DNA of 61,221 nt, the filler included. It is 7 parts of 7 records of this genome, joined end to end, with 100 filler letters (N's around TTAATTAATTAA, not from the genome) between each part and the next. Parts side by side here need not be neighbours in the genome. Positions count along the whole stretch, not along the records: positions 42,279 to 48,245 come from DRR723986_19929; positions 48,346 to 55,572 come from DRR723986_19940; positions 55,673 to 61,221 come from DRR723986_19949; 4 more parts are not named here. The stretch is one strand, 5' to 3'. The notes beneath the pieces were generated by a model that did no database searches, was not told where the DNA came from, and saw only the letters and a list, made by a program, of their open reading frames with translations. Positions 47,158-56,747 of this stretch are shown in pieces. The position numbers and the translations under genes were made by a program. Every line of letters begins with the position of its first letter. The stretch's first letter is position 1.

Positions 47158-48177
47158 ATGACTAGCACCAAAACTACAAATAGACTTCTACTGATTTTAG
47201 TAGTACCTGTTGTATTCTATTTATTGAAAATTTTATCATTCATTTTTATTCCATTATTGAGCTCAATGTTTATTGCGTTATTGTTTTTACCATTAATGAG
47301 ATGGTTAAAATCGAAAGGTGCGAATAAGCCTACGAGTGTTGGGATAGTTATTGTAGTAATGGTGGTGCTGGCCTATTTGGTGTTCTTATTACTTAATTTA
47401 TCAAGTCAAGAAATATTAGCCACCAAAGATGATTTCATGGCTAAAGCTGATGTGAAAGTGTCAGCGGGTATTGAGGCGGTGCAGAATTATTTTGGTGTTG
47501 AACAAGAAGCAGGAGCTGATAAAAAACCATTGCTAGGACAAGATTTTGCTATGAATTACGCAGGTCCTGCCTTCAAATTTGCTGGTAATTTCGTGACGCA
47601 AGTGCTCATGACCTTGTTCTTCGTGGTTTTATGGCTAGCAGAATCTATCAATTTTGAAAAGTTGTTAAACTCAACGGTACTTAAATTAAAGTATTCGTCA
47701 GTAAAAACTTTTAGAAGAATTGAGAAAGACATCATTAAGTTTTTACGCGTTAAATTTTTAGTAAGTTTTGGAACTGGAGTAGGGACTTGTATTGCCTGCT
47801 ATGCTTTTGATGTGAGCTTTCCAATTTTCTGGGGGATATTTGCCTTTTCTATCAACTTCATTCAAATGGTAGGTTCGTTCATTACAGTGATTATGTGTTC
47901 AATTTTTGCTTACGTGGAGTTAGATCCTTCGAGTACTTTACTGTTCTTCGTCATTACAATTACACTTGTTCAGGTCTTGTTTGGTTCAATTCTAGAGCCT
48001 ATCTATATGGGTAAATCTTTCTCAATCAATATTATTTCTGTATTGATAATGCTGATGTTCTGGGGGTTCATCTGGGGTGTGCCTGGAATGATCATGTCAA
48101 TTCCGATTACTGTTTTCTTGAAAATCATTTTTGAGCAGTTTAATTCAACGAAGGTTATTGCCAAGATTTTAGAGTAG
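47158..48177 (+). CDS. AI-2E family transporter (PerM/TqsA-like)
   Basis: Multi-TM; LEPIYMGKSFSIN, FWGFIWGVPGMIMSIP. Confidence 0.9.
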   Translation: MTSTKTTNRLLLILVVPVVFYLLKILSFIFIPLLSSMFIALLFLPLMRWLKSKGANKPTSVGIVIVVMVVLAYLVFLLLNLSSQEILATKDDFMAKADVKVSAGIEAVQNYFGVEQEAGADKKPLLGQDFAMNYAGPAFKFAGNFVTQVLMTLFFVVLWLAESINFEKLLNSTVLKLKYSSVKTFRRIEKDIIKFLRVKFLVSFGTGVGTCIACYAFDVSFPIFWGIFAFSINFIQMVGSFITVIMCSIFAYVELDPSSTLLFFVITITLVQVLFGSILEPIYMGKSFSINIISVLIMLMFWGFIWGVPGMIMSIPITVFLKIIFEQFNSTKVIAKILE

Positions 48178-48183
48178 GTTATT

Positions 48184-48245
48184 CGATTCTCGATTCTCGA
48201 TTTTCGATTCTCGTATTTCGATTCTCGATTTTCGATTCTCGATTT
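48184..48245 (+). repeat. Heptamer tandem repeat (CGATTCT)n, ~9 units, running to the contig end
   Basis: cgattct cgattct cgatttt cgattct cgtattt cgattct cgatttt cgattct cgattt. Confidence 0.92.
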
Positions 48246-48345
48246 NNNNNNNNNNNNNNNNNNNNNNNNNNNNNNNNNNNNNNNNNNNNTTAATTAATTA
48301 ANNNNNNNNNNNNNNNNNNNNNNNNNNNNNNNNNNNNNNNNNNNN
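48246..48345. other. Artificial contig linker
   Basis: N44-TTAATTAATTAA-N44. Confidence 0.98.
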
Positions 48346-48458
48346 TGATAAACAAAAAGAAAAAAGTAAGCCACTTTGCAAAAGGGGCGCAGCGCTCAAG
48401 CCCTGTATTAATCAGGTTTTAGGTGTTTAGTTCGTCAGGTGAAAGACAGAAAAGTTTA

Positions 48459-49610
48459 TTAGACTGGCCAAAAGTGAATTTGCTCACCGGCGCGCGAAAG
48501 AGTGACCTCGGTGCCAGGTTCGTGAACTTCGCCACAGGGAACCGGAATGGTGATGTGCTGCTCGGGGCGCGGAGAAGAAGAAGTCGAATAGGTTAAATCA
48601 TTAGTCGGTCGCAGATGCAGGCGCAACTCGTTAAACGTACCAAAAAAGGTGATTTGTTCGACGGTGGCATGCAGGCCTGGTTGATCAGAATCGGAACAGA
48701 TGCGCAGGTCGGCAGGACGTAAACACAGCAAAAGTTCGTCGGGAAAATCCTGTGTGCCCAGATCCACCTGACCATATTCACACATGGCCAGACTCCCCTG
48801 CCGGCGCGCTTTAACAATCGTGGTTTCGCCAAAAATGCGCGCTACCGTTGGGTCTACCGGATGTGCGTAAATTTGTCGGGGAGCGCCCGATTGGCAAACG
48901 TGACCATCATCCAGAACAATTAACTGATCGGCAACGGCAAAAACATCGCGGACGTCATGTGTTACAAATACAGCCGTCATGTTCGCAGCGCGGATAATAC
49001 GTGTCAGGTCGCGGCGTACCTGCGCCTTTAGAGCATCGTCCAGATTCGAAAAGGGCTCATCCAAAAGTAAAAGACTCGGCTGGGGCGCCAATGCACGTGC
49101 AATTGCCACACGTTGGCGCTGTCCACCCGAAAGTTCGTGCGGAAAACGCGAACCCAGCTCGCTCAATTCAACAAGGTCGAGCATCGATTGGATATGTGCC
49201 TGCAACTCGGGCCGCTTTTTGTTAAGCCCAAATGCAATGTTCTGCTGTACCGTTAAATGTGGGAAAAGCGCGTAATCCTGAAAAACGAGCCCAATGCCAC
49301 GCTGCTCAGGTGGAACAAAGGTTTTGGCATCGCTGACCGTTTTGCCGTCGAGAAAAATACTACCGGATTCGGGAACTTCAAGCCCTGCGAGCAAACGCAG
49401 AATGGTGCTTTTGCCACTGCCGCTGCCACCCAGGAGTGCCGTAATACAGTGGCGGCCGATGCTGAAATCGGCCTGCTTAAGCGCCGGAGTCTGCATGCTG
49501 GCGTAATGTTTACTCACCTGACGGAATTCGGCAATTGTGTCGTGCCCGGAATCCTGCGGCTTGTTCTGCGTCTGTGACCTTAACATTGTATTCGGGCTTG
49601 TGGACTTCAT
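48459..49610 (-). CDS. fbpC: Fe(III) ABC transporter ATP-binding protein
   Basis: GGSGSGKST, VFQDYALFPHL, LSGGQRQR, LLLDEPFSNLD; last gene of the fbp operon. Confidence 0.88.
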   Translation of the reverse strand: MKSTSPNTMLRSQTQNKPQDSGHDTIAEFRQVSKHYASMQTPALKQADFSIGRHCITALLGGSGSGKSTILRLLAGLEVPESGSIFLDGKTVSDAKTFVPPEQRGIGLVFQDYALFPHLTVQQNIAFGLNKKRPELQAHIQSMLDLVELSELGSRFPHELSGGQRQRVAIARALAPQPSLLLLDEPFSNLDDALKAQVRRDLTRIIRAANMTAVFVTHDVRDVFAVADQLIVLDDGHVCQSGAPRQIYAHPVDPTVARIFGETTIVKARRQGSLAMCEYGQVDLGTQDFPDELLLCLRPADLRICSDSDQPGLHATVEQITFFGTFNELRLHLRPTNDLTYSTSSSPRPEQHITIPVPCGEVHEPGTEVTLSRAGEQIHFWPV

Positions 49611-51364
49611 GTGCGATTTCCATTCATGAGTCTGTTAAGATACACAATCGGCAGGACTCCAGTGGCGACAATCAGGAGTGCGGCATTGGCGGATTCGGGC
49701 AATTGTTCATTGCCTGCCAGTTCGAATGCGCGCGTGGCCAGTGTCTCGAAGTTAAACGGACGCAGAATCAGAGTCAGCGGCAATTCTTTGAGCACGTCAA
49801 CAAACACCAGGATGAGTGCGCTCAGAATAGCCGTACGCAGCATCGGAATGTTAATCCGCATGAGTGCTTTGAACGGTCGTGCGCCTAGCGTGCGTGCGGC
49901 TTCATCCATTGAGACCGCTGTGCGCTCAAAGCCGGCATCCACCGGTTGGAAGGCCACAGCCAGGTAGCGCGAAACGTAGGCGTACACGAGTGCTACTAAA
50001 GTCCCGCTAAACAGTAGCCCCGTGCCAAAACCAAACCAGGAAGTAAACAAACTGTCCAGGCCGTGATCAAAAGCCGCCAGCGGCGTCATCACACCCACGG
50101 CAATCACCGCGCCCGGAATTGAATAACCCATCGTGGCGCTTTGTGCTAAAAACGACGAAAACTTAGAACGCTGCAGCCGCACAGTATACAGAACAATTAC
50201 CGCGGCGGCACAACAGAGCAGCGCACTTCCGGCCGCAAGTGCAAAACTGTTGAGTACCAAGAGAAGAAATTCCAGATCGAGCACGGCGGCCGCAGTTTTG
50301 AGCGACCAGGCGGCAAGCTGCAAGACTGGAACAATAAATCCGAGGGCCAGCGGCAGGAGACACACTAAAAATGCCGCCAGCGATTGTGCGCCACTGAGTT
50401 TAACACGACGCATCCGGGCCGCGGTGGCGTCGGCTGTACGACTGCGGCTGCGGCGCTCCAGCACGATCAACACAAAAACTACAAGCATCAGCACGGCCGC
50501 CAGCCTGATGGCGGCGCCGGTATCCCCCAGCGCAAACCAGGCACGGAAAATCCCCGTGGTAAAAGTCGGAATGCCAAAATATTTAACGGCGCCGTAGTCG
50601 TTAAGTACTTCCATTAAACAAAGGGCCAGGCCGCCCGCAATTGCCGGACGTGCCATTGGCAATGCAATCCGAAAGAATACACGCCAGGGGCCGGCGCCAC
50701 TCAAACGCGCTGCTTCGATTACAGATGCCGACTGCCGACTAAATGAACTGCGTGCTACCAGATAGACATAGGGATATAAAACTGCGGCGAAGAGTGCTGC
50801 CAGAAAATAGATCGAAAAGATGTCGATGCCCGAGACTGCCGCAAAACCACAAGCCTTGAGCACGATATCCAGGCTGCCGCCGTATTCAAAAATCCCGGAG
50901 TAGGCATACGCAGTGATATAAGCCGGCATCGCCAGCGGCAAAACTAATGCCCACTCGAATATCTTGCGTCCGGGAAATTCAAAAGCCGAAACGATCCAGG
51001 CACAGGCAATCCCAATCGGTGTAACCAGCGCGGCTACGCCTAACATTAACACCAATGAGTTGATGATATAGTCCGCCAGAACTGTATCAACAAGATGATC
51101 CCAGACCGGATTGGATCCACCAAAGAGATGTAAAAGCACAAAAATGGCTGGAAGTGAAACTGCCACCGTCAAAAGTGCCGTGCCGTAAAACCAGGAGTGT
51201 GCCTGCCTTGATGGACGCAGAGAGCGCAGAGACGCAAGGTCAAAATGCGCTGAGCCGTTTGAATTCTCAGAAACTGAAGACTCCGTGGCTGCCTTTAATG
51301 AGGTAGCCGCGGAGTGTATTTTGGCGGGATTTGACCTGCCTGCTGGATCAGGTTTGTGCTGCAT
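49607..51364 (-). CDS. fbpB: Fe(III) ABC transporter permease
   Basis: LPLAMPAY, LYPYVYL, EAARLSG, DYGAV.YFG, YSIPGAVIAVG, KELPLTLILRPFNFETLA. Confidence 0.92.
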   Translation of the reverse strand: MQHKPDPAGRSNPAKIHSAATSLKAATESSVSENSNGSAHFDLASLRSLRPSRQAHSWFYGTALLTVAVSLPAIFVLLHLFGGSNPVWDHLVDTVLADYIINSLVLMLGVAALVTPIGIACAWIVSAFEFPGRKIFEWALVLPLAMPAYITAYAYSGIFEYGGSLDIVLKACGFAAVSGIDIFSIYFLAALFAAVLYPYVYLVARSSFSRQSASVIEAARLSGAGPWRVFFRIALPMARPAIAGGLALCLMEVLNDYGAVKYFGIPTFTTGIFRAWFALGDTGAAIRLAAVLMLVVFVLIVLERRSRSRTADATAARMRRVKLSGAQSLAAFLVCLLPLALGFIVPVLQLAAWSLKTAAAVLDLEFLLLVLNSFALAAGSALLCCAAAVIVLYTVRLQRSKFSSFLAQSATMGYSIPGAVIAVGVMTPLAAFDHGLDSLFTSWFGFGTGLLFSGTLVALVYAYVSRYLAVAFQPVDAGFERTAVSMDEAARTLGARPFKALMRINIPMLRTAILSALILVFVDVLKELPLTLILRPFNFETLATRAFELAGNEQLPESANAALLIVATGVLPIVYLNRLMNGNRT

Positions 51365-51400
51365 GCGGATAGCAAGCTGAATGCCAGGCGATGGCTAGTG

Positions 51401-52474
51401 TTATTTCCAACCAACCTGATCGAAGATCATAACGGCCTTATCGTTATTTTCTCCAAGAACGTTCATATCGATGCCGTCACTCATGAAATCATCCAGTCCG
51501 ATTGTACCTTCGGGTGTTGCAATGTCATTGCGTACCGGAAATTCATGATTGGCATTCGCAAAAGCAATTTGTGCCGGCTCCGACGTCAAAAACTCAAGCA
51601 GCTGCAGCGCATTGGCCACGTTTTTTGAGCTGGCTGTGACGGCTGCACCGCTGACGTTAATATGCACTCCACCTTCTTTAAACCTGGGAAATGCAATTTG
51701 AACTTTTGCAGCAGCGTCGCGTTCCGCGGCATCGTCTGAGTTCTGCATCTTGTTGTAATAGTATGAATTAACGATCGCCAGATCACCAATGCCGGCAGCG
51801 ATTCCTTTAATCTGATCGCGATCATTTCCGGCGGGAGTGCGAGCCATATTGTTAACAATTCCCTGTGCCCACTCAGCAGCGCCTTCACTTCCCTTGTGCG
51901 CAATCGTTGCTGCCATCAGGGACTGGTTGTAAATGTTTGAAGATGACCGAACCAGAAGTTTTTCGCGCCAGCGCGCATCGGTCAGGGAGTTGTAATTCGG
52001 CAGGTCGGCCGGATCGACGCGCTCGGGGGCATATGCCACGATGCGCGCACGCACAGTCAGCCCATACCAATAATTATCGCCGTCGCGCAACTGAACAGGA
52101 ACGGCTTCGTGCAAAGTTGGCGAGAAAATAGGCTGCAATAATTGCGCTTGTTTGGCGCGATACAGGCGCCCGGCGTCAACTGTAATCAGAATATCTGCTG
52201 GGCTTTTGTCACCTTCGATTTCCAGGCGTTTTATTAGTTCATCGGCGCTGGCGGAAACTACATTGACTTCAATCCCGGTTTTCTCGGTAAATTCAGCGAA
52301 CAATGCCTTGTCTGCCGGATAGTGGCGATGTGTGTAGACATTAACGACTTGTGTCTCCGCCTCCGAGGCAGCAGTCTCCGAACCAGATTCCGGCTCGTTT
52401 TTGTCGGCGCTGCACGCAAAAAAAGATACACTCGTTAGGGAGAACAGAATTACGAGAAATGAACGACGCAACAT
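51401..52474 (-). CDS. fbpA: Fe(III) ABC transporter substrate-binding lipoprotein (FbpA/FutA); start re-assigned to ATG 52474
   Basis: Lipobox FFAC; VNVYTHRHY, SPADILITVDAGRL, SSNIYNQSL, GNDRDQ, NSYY iron ligands. Confidence 0.92.
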   Translation of the reverse strand: MLRRSFLVILFSLTSVSFFACSADKNEPESGSETAASEAETQVVNVYTHRHYPADKALFAEFTEKTGIEVNVVSASADELIKRLEIEGDKSPADILITVDAGRLYRAKQAQLLQPIFSPTLHEAVPVQLRDGDNYWYGLTVRARIVAYAPERVDPADLPNYNSLTDARWREKLLVRSSSNIYNQSLMAATIAHKGSEGAAEWAQGIVNNMARTPAGNDRDQIKGIAAGIGDLAIVNSYYYNKMQNSDDAAERDAAAKVQIAFPRFKEGGVHINVSGAAVTASSKNVANALQLLEFLTSEPAQIAFANANHEFPVRNDIATPEGTIGLDDFMSDGIDMNVLGENNDKAVMIFDQVGWK

Positions 52475-52526
52475 AGATTTTTCCTGAAGTCTACTACGAA
52501 AGCAAGCGCTGGAGTCGCGCTTGCTT

Positions 52527-52545
52527 ATTTGAACTAAATCTAAAT
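52527..52545. promoter_or_regulatory. Putative Bacteroidota-type Fur/iron box
   Basis: ATTTGAACTAAATCTAAAT, an imperfect palindrome matching 14/19 positions of the ATTTAGAATTATTCTAAAT consensus I recall for Flavobacteriales Fur; ~50 nt upstream of fbpA. Confidence 0.55.
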
Positions 52546-52583
52546 TACTGATTTGCGCCGAGGAAAAAAAGTAGGATTTCTGC

Positions 52584-53240
52584 ATGTTCGAGCGGGATTA
52601 CATTGTACGCATGTTCATGCGCTTTGCACAGGAACTGGCACGGCTGATAAATCGTGAGCAAAGCGACAAAGACTATGACGTCACTCAGGACCTGGATGGG
52701 ATGTTTCAGCGTTATACGGGCATTGATGCCGGCTTCGCTGAGCGCCTGGAAAGCGCAGATCTACTTGTAATTTTTGATGGCAATGACAACGCGGGCGCGG
52801 GCAAAGCTTTGATTGCCGCTGAAATTTGGGCCTTTATGCGCAGCAACCTGTTAACGAACGGCAAGCTGGAGCGCGCGGACCATTTGCACAGGCTCAGTAT
52901 CGAAATGTACGCCGCCGCCATGCAGCGCGATGCCGAATTTCTGGAGACGCCCTCCTTCGCCAAAGCTCTGAGCGAACTTGAGGCACTTCCGCTTTCGCGT
53001 TGGAGCCTTCCGGTTGCCGAAGCGGCAGCGTATCTTTATGAGCAGGCCGGCATGTACGCCAAGGCGGAAGATGCCCTGCACATCCTGGTAGAACGCGAAG
53101 TGGAAGGTGCGCTGGAAATGGCCGAAACTTTTTATTTGCGTTTAACACAGCTTAACGATAAACTGCTGACGGACGGCAACCTGCCGCGTGATGAAGTGCT
53201 TGAAGGGTTGGATGAGATCAAACGCAAAAGTGCCAACTAG
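52584..53240 (+). CDS. DUF6483-like helical protein
   Basis: MFERDYIVRM N-terminus; YAKAED, GNLPRDEVLEG C-terminus. Confidence 0.7.
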   Translation: MFERDYIVRMFMRFAQELARLINREQSDKDYDVTQDLDGMFQRYTGIDAGFAERLESADLLVIFDGNDNAGAGKALIAAEIWAFMRSNLLTNGKLERADHLHRLSIEMYAAAMQRDAEFLETPSFAKALSELEALPLSRWSLPVAEAAAYLYEQAGMYAKAEDALHILVEREVEGALEMAETFYLRLTQLNDKLLTDGNLPRDEVLEGLDEIKRKSAN

Positions 53241-53306
53241 AAAACTCAAAAGCCGAAATGCTGGATTGTAATCAGCCCTGAGCCGAATCAATTGGAGAAA
53301 GACCAC

Positions 53307-53531
53307 ATGAATTCTGATAGAATTTCTGTTAAACAACTGCTGATACAAGTATTGAGCGTTTGCGCTCTGATAATGTGTTCCGCGGCGTTTAATGCCTGTT
53401 CAGACGATGAAGAAAATCCCTGCGACACCGACTCAGCATGTATCAAAGTGATAATCCCGGCCACCGACACAGACCCGGAGCGCACATTTTGGCGTAGTGC
53501 CCAGGGACGCGAGTGCCCCTGCGAAGAATAA
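53307..53531 (+). CDS. Small Cys-rich putative lipoprotein
   Basis: Hydrophobic signal + FNAC lipobox, SDDEENPC..., C-terminal ECPCEE; start could be 53292. Confidence 0.55.
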   Translation: MNSDRISVKQLLIQVLSVCALIMCSAAFNACSDDEENPCDTDSACIKVIIPATDTDPERTFWRSAQGRECPCEE

Positions 53532-53563
53532 GTTTGCGTCGCGAGTGCCCCTGCGAGGAATAA
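53508..53563 (+). repeat. 24-bp direct repeat duplicating the 3' end of the small ORF
   Basis: cgcgagtgcccctgcgaagaataa (53508-53531) and cgcgagtgcccctgcgaggaataa (53540-53563). Confidence 0.85.
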
Positions 53564-53593
53564 ATCAATAGCGACAAATCTGTTTAAAAAATC

Positions 53594-53623
53594 AACGGCC
53601 CGGAATTGCAATTCCGGGCCGTT
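53594..53623. terminator. Bidirectional intrinsic terminator
   Basis: Perfect palindrome AACGGCCCGGAATTGCAATTCCGGGCCGTT flanked by A and T tracts between convergent genes. Confidence 0.85.
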
Positions 53624-53679
53624 CTTTTGTCGTACTGTTTTGCGGGAAACATCTCAGGTTTCAGGCGAGACTCACAGAC

Positions 53680-55572
53680 TTAACGTCTGCGGCGCCGGCC
53701 ACCACGACGTCGGCGTCCGCCGCCACCGCCGCGACGATTTCCGCCACCGTCACCGTCACCATCACCCTGATCGTCGCCGTCATCCTCGCGTTGATTGGAT
53801 GTGTCGTCATTCTTGCTCGGAGCAGGACGACGCTCCTCCCCACCGCGGCGAACCGGCGGCGGCGTGTGCAAGGAGAATTTGTAGAAGTCATCCAACATCA
53901 TCGCCAGCAGTCGCGCACCGTCTTCATCGGAACCTAGCGCGGCGGCCAGATTTGTGAAACGTTCGAGGCTCTCCAGCTGCACATTATCGCGCGAGCGGAA
54001 TCGAGACTCAAGCAATACTGTCACGCGTTGTGAGACTACCGTTGCAATGTCATCGTCGGTTGGCAGAGCCTGCTCCACAAAGTCAATGCTGTAGCGCGCG
54101 CCGATGCGTTCGAGTTTGATCCGGTCCTGAAAGTCCGCCAATGTAATTGCACGGCCGGTAGATCCGGCGCGGCCGGTACGCCCGGCGCGGTGAATGTAAG
54201 ACTCGGGATCTTCCGGAACGTCAAACTGGAAGACGTGCGAAAGCTCGGGAATATCAATGCCGCGTGCAGCTACATCCGTAGCTACCAGGAAGCGCAAGTT
54301 TCCGCGACGGACACGTGCCAGTACTCGCTCGCGTTCACCCTGCGAGAGGTCCGAACTGAGCGCATCCGCATCAAAACCAAACCGCTGCAAGACTACGGCT
54401 ACGTAGTTAACCTGCACCTTCGTATTACAGAAGATAATCGCATTGGCCGGGTTTTCGACTTCCAGAATGCGTACAAAACTGCGGTCCTTGTCCATCTCCG
54501 GCACCGCATAAATCATATGCTCAGTCTGAATCGCATGTACCTGGTCTTTACTCAGGCTTACGAAATCAGGCTTGTACATGAATTCATCGGAAAGGCGCAC
54601 AACCCGCGGCGGGAATGTGGCTGAGAACATGTAAGCATTGTAGCCGCTGCGCGGCAGGAAGGTCTGCACGCGTTTCATGTCGGGATAAAAACCCATCGAA
54701 AGCATGTGATCGGCTTCGTCCAGCACCAACATTGTCAGCGCCTCAAGCGTCAGCGAACGCTTCAGCATGTGATCCAGAATACGCCCAGGCGTTCCAATCA
54801 CAAGCTGCGCTCCATCGCGGAATGCCTGCAGCTGCGAAGCATAACCAACACCGCCAAACACGGCTACAATCCCAATGCCCAGGTCTTTGGCCAGCGTCTG
54901 CGCTTCCATCTCTACCTGGTTGGCAAGTTCGCGCGTCGGCACAAGCACAAGGGCCTGGCACTGCGCCAGCGAAGTATCGATCCGCTCAAGAATTGGAAGC
55001 AGGAAGGCGGCGGTTTTACCACTACCCGTTTTGGACTGCACCATCAAATCGCGGCCGGCGAGCATATATGGAATCGCACGGCTCTGGACGGGCATCAGCG
55101 AGTCCCAGCCAAAATTCTCAACTGCCTGAAGCATGCGCGGCGGCAAGTCGTCCAACTCAACTTCATCAAGTGTGTTGACCGACTCATCCGGGCCGGATTC
55201 ATTTAGCTGCGGACGCAGATCAATGTCACCGAAACCGTGGTCATACTTCTTTTTGCTCGATTTGGATGATTTGACGTCACCCTCATCTTCGCCGTCGTAA
55301 TCCGCATCGGTATCCGTATCCGCAGATTGTTTGCCCTCGGATTCGATTACGAGATCCGGTGGCGGCGGTGGCGGCACGAAGTCGCCCTCGGCGGCTTTGC
55401 GGCGCAATGGCTTGCGTGGCTCTTCGACGCGTTCGGCTGAATCGTCAAATTCTTCCTCATCACGATGGTCGTCTCGGCGGTCGTCACGGCGGTCGTCACG
55501 GCGGCCATCGCGATCATCACGGTCGCGGCGGCTGTCAGAACGGCGGCCTCCACGGCGTGACTTCGACTGCCC
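53680..55572 (-). CDS. DEAD-box RNA helicase, 5' truncated by contig end
   Basis: Q motif (MPVQ), TGSGKT, PTRELA, TPGR, DEAD, SAT, TDVAARGID, HRAGRTGRAG; frame stays open from 55407 to the contig edge. Confidence 0.95.
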   Translation of the reverse strand, partial: GQSKSRRGGRRSDSRRDRDDRDGRRDDRRDDRRDDHRDEEEFDDSAERVEEPRKPLRRKAAEGDFVPPPPPPDLVIESEGKQSADTDTDADYDGEDEGDVKSSKSSKKKYDHGFGDIDLRPQLNESGPDESVNTLDEVELDDLPPRMLQAVENFGWDSLMPVQSRAIPYMLAGRDLMVQSKTGSGKTAAFLLPILERIDTSLAQCQALVLVPTRELANQVEMEAQTLAKDLGIGIVAVFGGVGYASQLQAFRDGAQLVIGTPGRILDHMLKRSLTLEALTMLVLDEADHMLSMGFYPDMKRVQTFLPRSGYNAYMFSATFPPRVVRLSDEFMYKPDFVSLSKDQVHAIQTEHMIYAVPEMDKDRSFVRILEVENPANAIIFCNTKVQVNYVAVVLQRFGFDADALSSDLSQGERERVLARVRRGNLRFLVATDVAARGIDIPELSHVFQFDVPEDPESYIHRAGRTGRAGSTGRAITLADFQDRIKLERIGARYSIDFVEQALPTDDDIATVVSQRVTVLLESRFRSRDNVQLESLERFTNLAAALGSDEDGARLLAMMLDDFYKFSLHTPPPVRRGGEERRPAPSKNDDTSNQREDDGDDQGDGDGDGGGNRRGGGGGRRRRGGRRRRR

Positions 55573-55672
55573 NNNNNNNNNNNNNNNNNNNNNNNNNNNN
55601 NNNNNNNNNNNNNNNNTTAATTAATTAANNNNNNNNNNNNNNNNNNNNNNNNNNNNNNNNNNNNNNNNNNNN
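55573..55672. other. Artificial contig linker
   Basis: N44-TTAATTAATTAA-N44. Confidence 0.98.
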
Positions 55673-55781
55673 CCACTCGGCCACCTCTCCGTTCCGGGCG
55701 GGATAGCGCAAGGACCGGGCCGGGTGCAAGGGGACTTTATGCATGCGGGGCAAAAAAATGCGGCCAGATGCGTGATGTCGA

Positions 55782-56729
55782 TCAGCCGATCGGCAAATGA
55801 CCAAGATGCGAGGCGCAACCGGTCAGAGCGGCATAATCATCCTGCACCACGGCGACGCCGAACTGCCCCATGAAATCCGTGAACCGGCCCTTGCCGCGGA
55901 AGGCTTCGGAAAATCCGAGCGGGGCCAGCCATGGTGTGATGGCGCGGGCCATGCCGCCGATCAGGTACAGCCCGCCGAAGGGCAGGTGGATCAGCGCAAG
56001 ATCCCCCATGACGGTGCCCAGAAGCTCGATGAACAGACGCGCGGTCTCGGTCGCCCTCGGGTCGCCCTGAGACAGGCGGGAAATGATTTCAACCCCTTCC
56101 AGATCTTCGCCATGCAGATGCCGGTGAACCCGAACAAACCCGCCGCCCGACAGGGCGTCCTCGACGGCGGCAAATCCGTGGCGCGGTTCCATCGCTTCGG
56201 CCAGTGCCGCAAGGGCAGGGGTGTGGCGCGGCATGGTGATATGGCCACATTCCGAGGGCGGCACGAAACGCCCGCCGACGGTGTCATAGACGGGGGCCGC
56301 GTTGAACCCGGTGCCAAGCCCCACAACCAGTCTGGCCGCATGGCGCGCGGCGTCGGGTTGCGGCAACTGTCGGGCAAGATCGCTTTCTTCCAGATGACCC
56401 AGGGCGTGGCCTTGTGCCTGAAGGTCGTTCAGAACCGCCAGCTTGCGCGCGCCCGTGGCATTCCCGAGGCTTTCTCGGTCGACTCGCCAATCGAGATTGG
56501 TCATCTGGCCCACGCCATCGCGCACCGGTCCGGCAATTGCCACGCAGGCGCCGGTCAGCTTGCCCGGCTGCATGTCGGTCATGTAACGCGCCAGATGCAC
56601 ATCAAGCCCCGACACACCGGAGTTGGAATAACGCCGCACCGTGTCGCGGTCGATCTCGAACCCACGGGCCAGCGCCACGCGCGTATTGGTGCCGCCGATA
56701 TCGGCCACGAGCGAGATGTCACGGTGCAT
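55782..56729 (-). CDS. glk: Glucokinase
   Basis: LVADIGGTNTR, AIAGPV, TNLDW, LNDLQA, GLGTG, SECGH, GGLYLIGG, KGRF. Confidence 0.9.
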   Translation of the reverse strand: MHRDISLVADIGGTNTRVALARGFEIDRDTVRRYSNSGVSGLDVHLARYMTDMQPGKLTGACVAIAGPVRDGVGQMTNLDWRVDRESLGNATGARKLAVLNDLQAQGHALGHLEESDLARQLPQPDAARHAARLVVGLGTGFNAAPVYDTVGGRFVPPSECGHITMPRHTPALAALAEAMEPRHGFAAVEDALSGGGFVRVHRHLHGEDLEGVEIISRLSQGDPRATETARLFIELLGTVMGDLALIHLPFGGLYLIGGMARAITPWLAPLGFSEAFRGKGRFTDFMGQFGVAVVQDDYAALTGCASHLGHLPIG

Positions 56730-56747
56730 GGGCTGGCTTCCCTTTGG

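Noticed and set aside
53508-53563. Mini-CRISPR or DGR template/variable pair
   Set aside because: Only two 24-bp copies, 8 bp apart, one inside a coding 3' end; no RT or cas genes.
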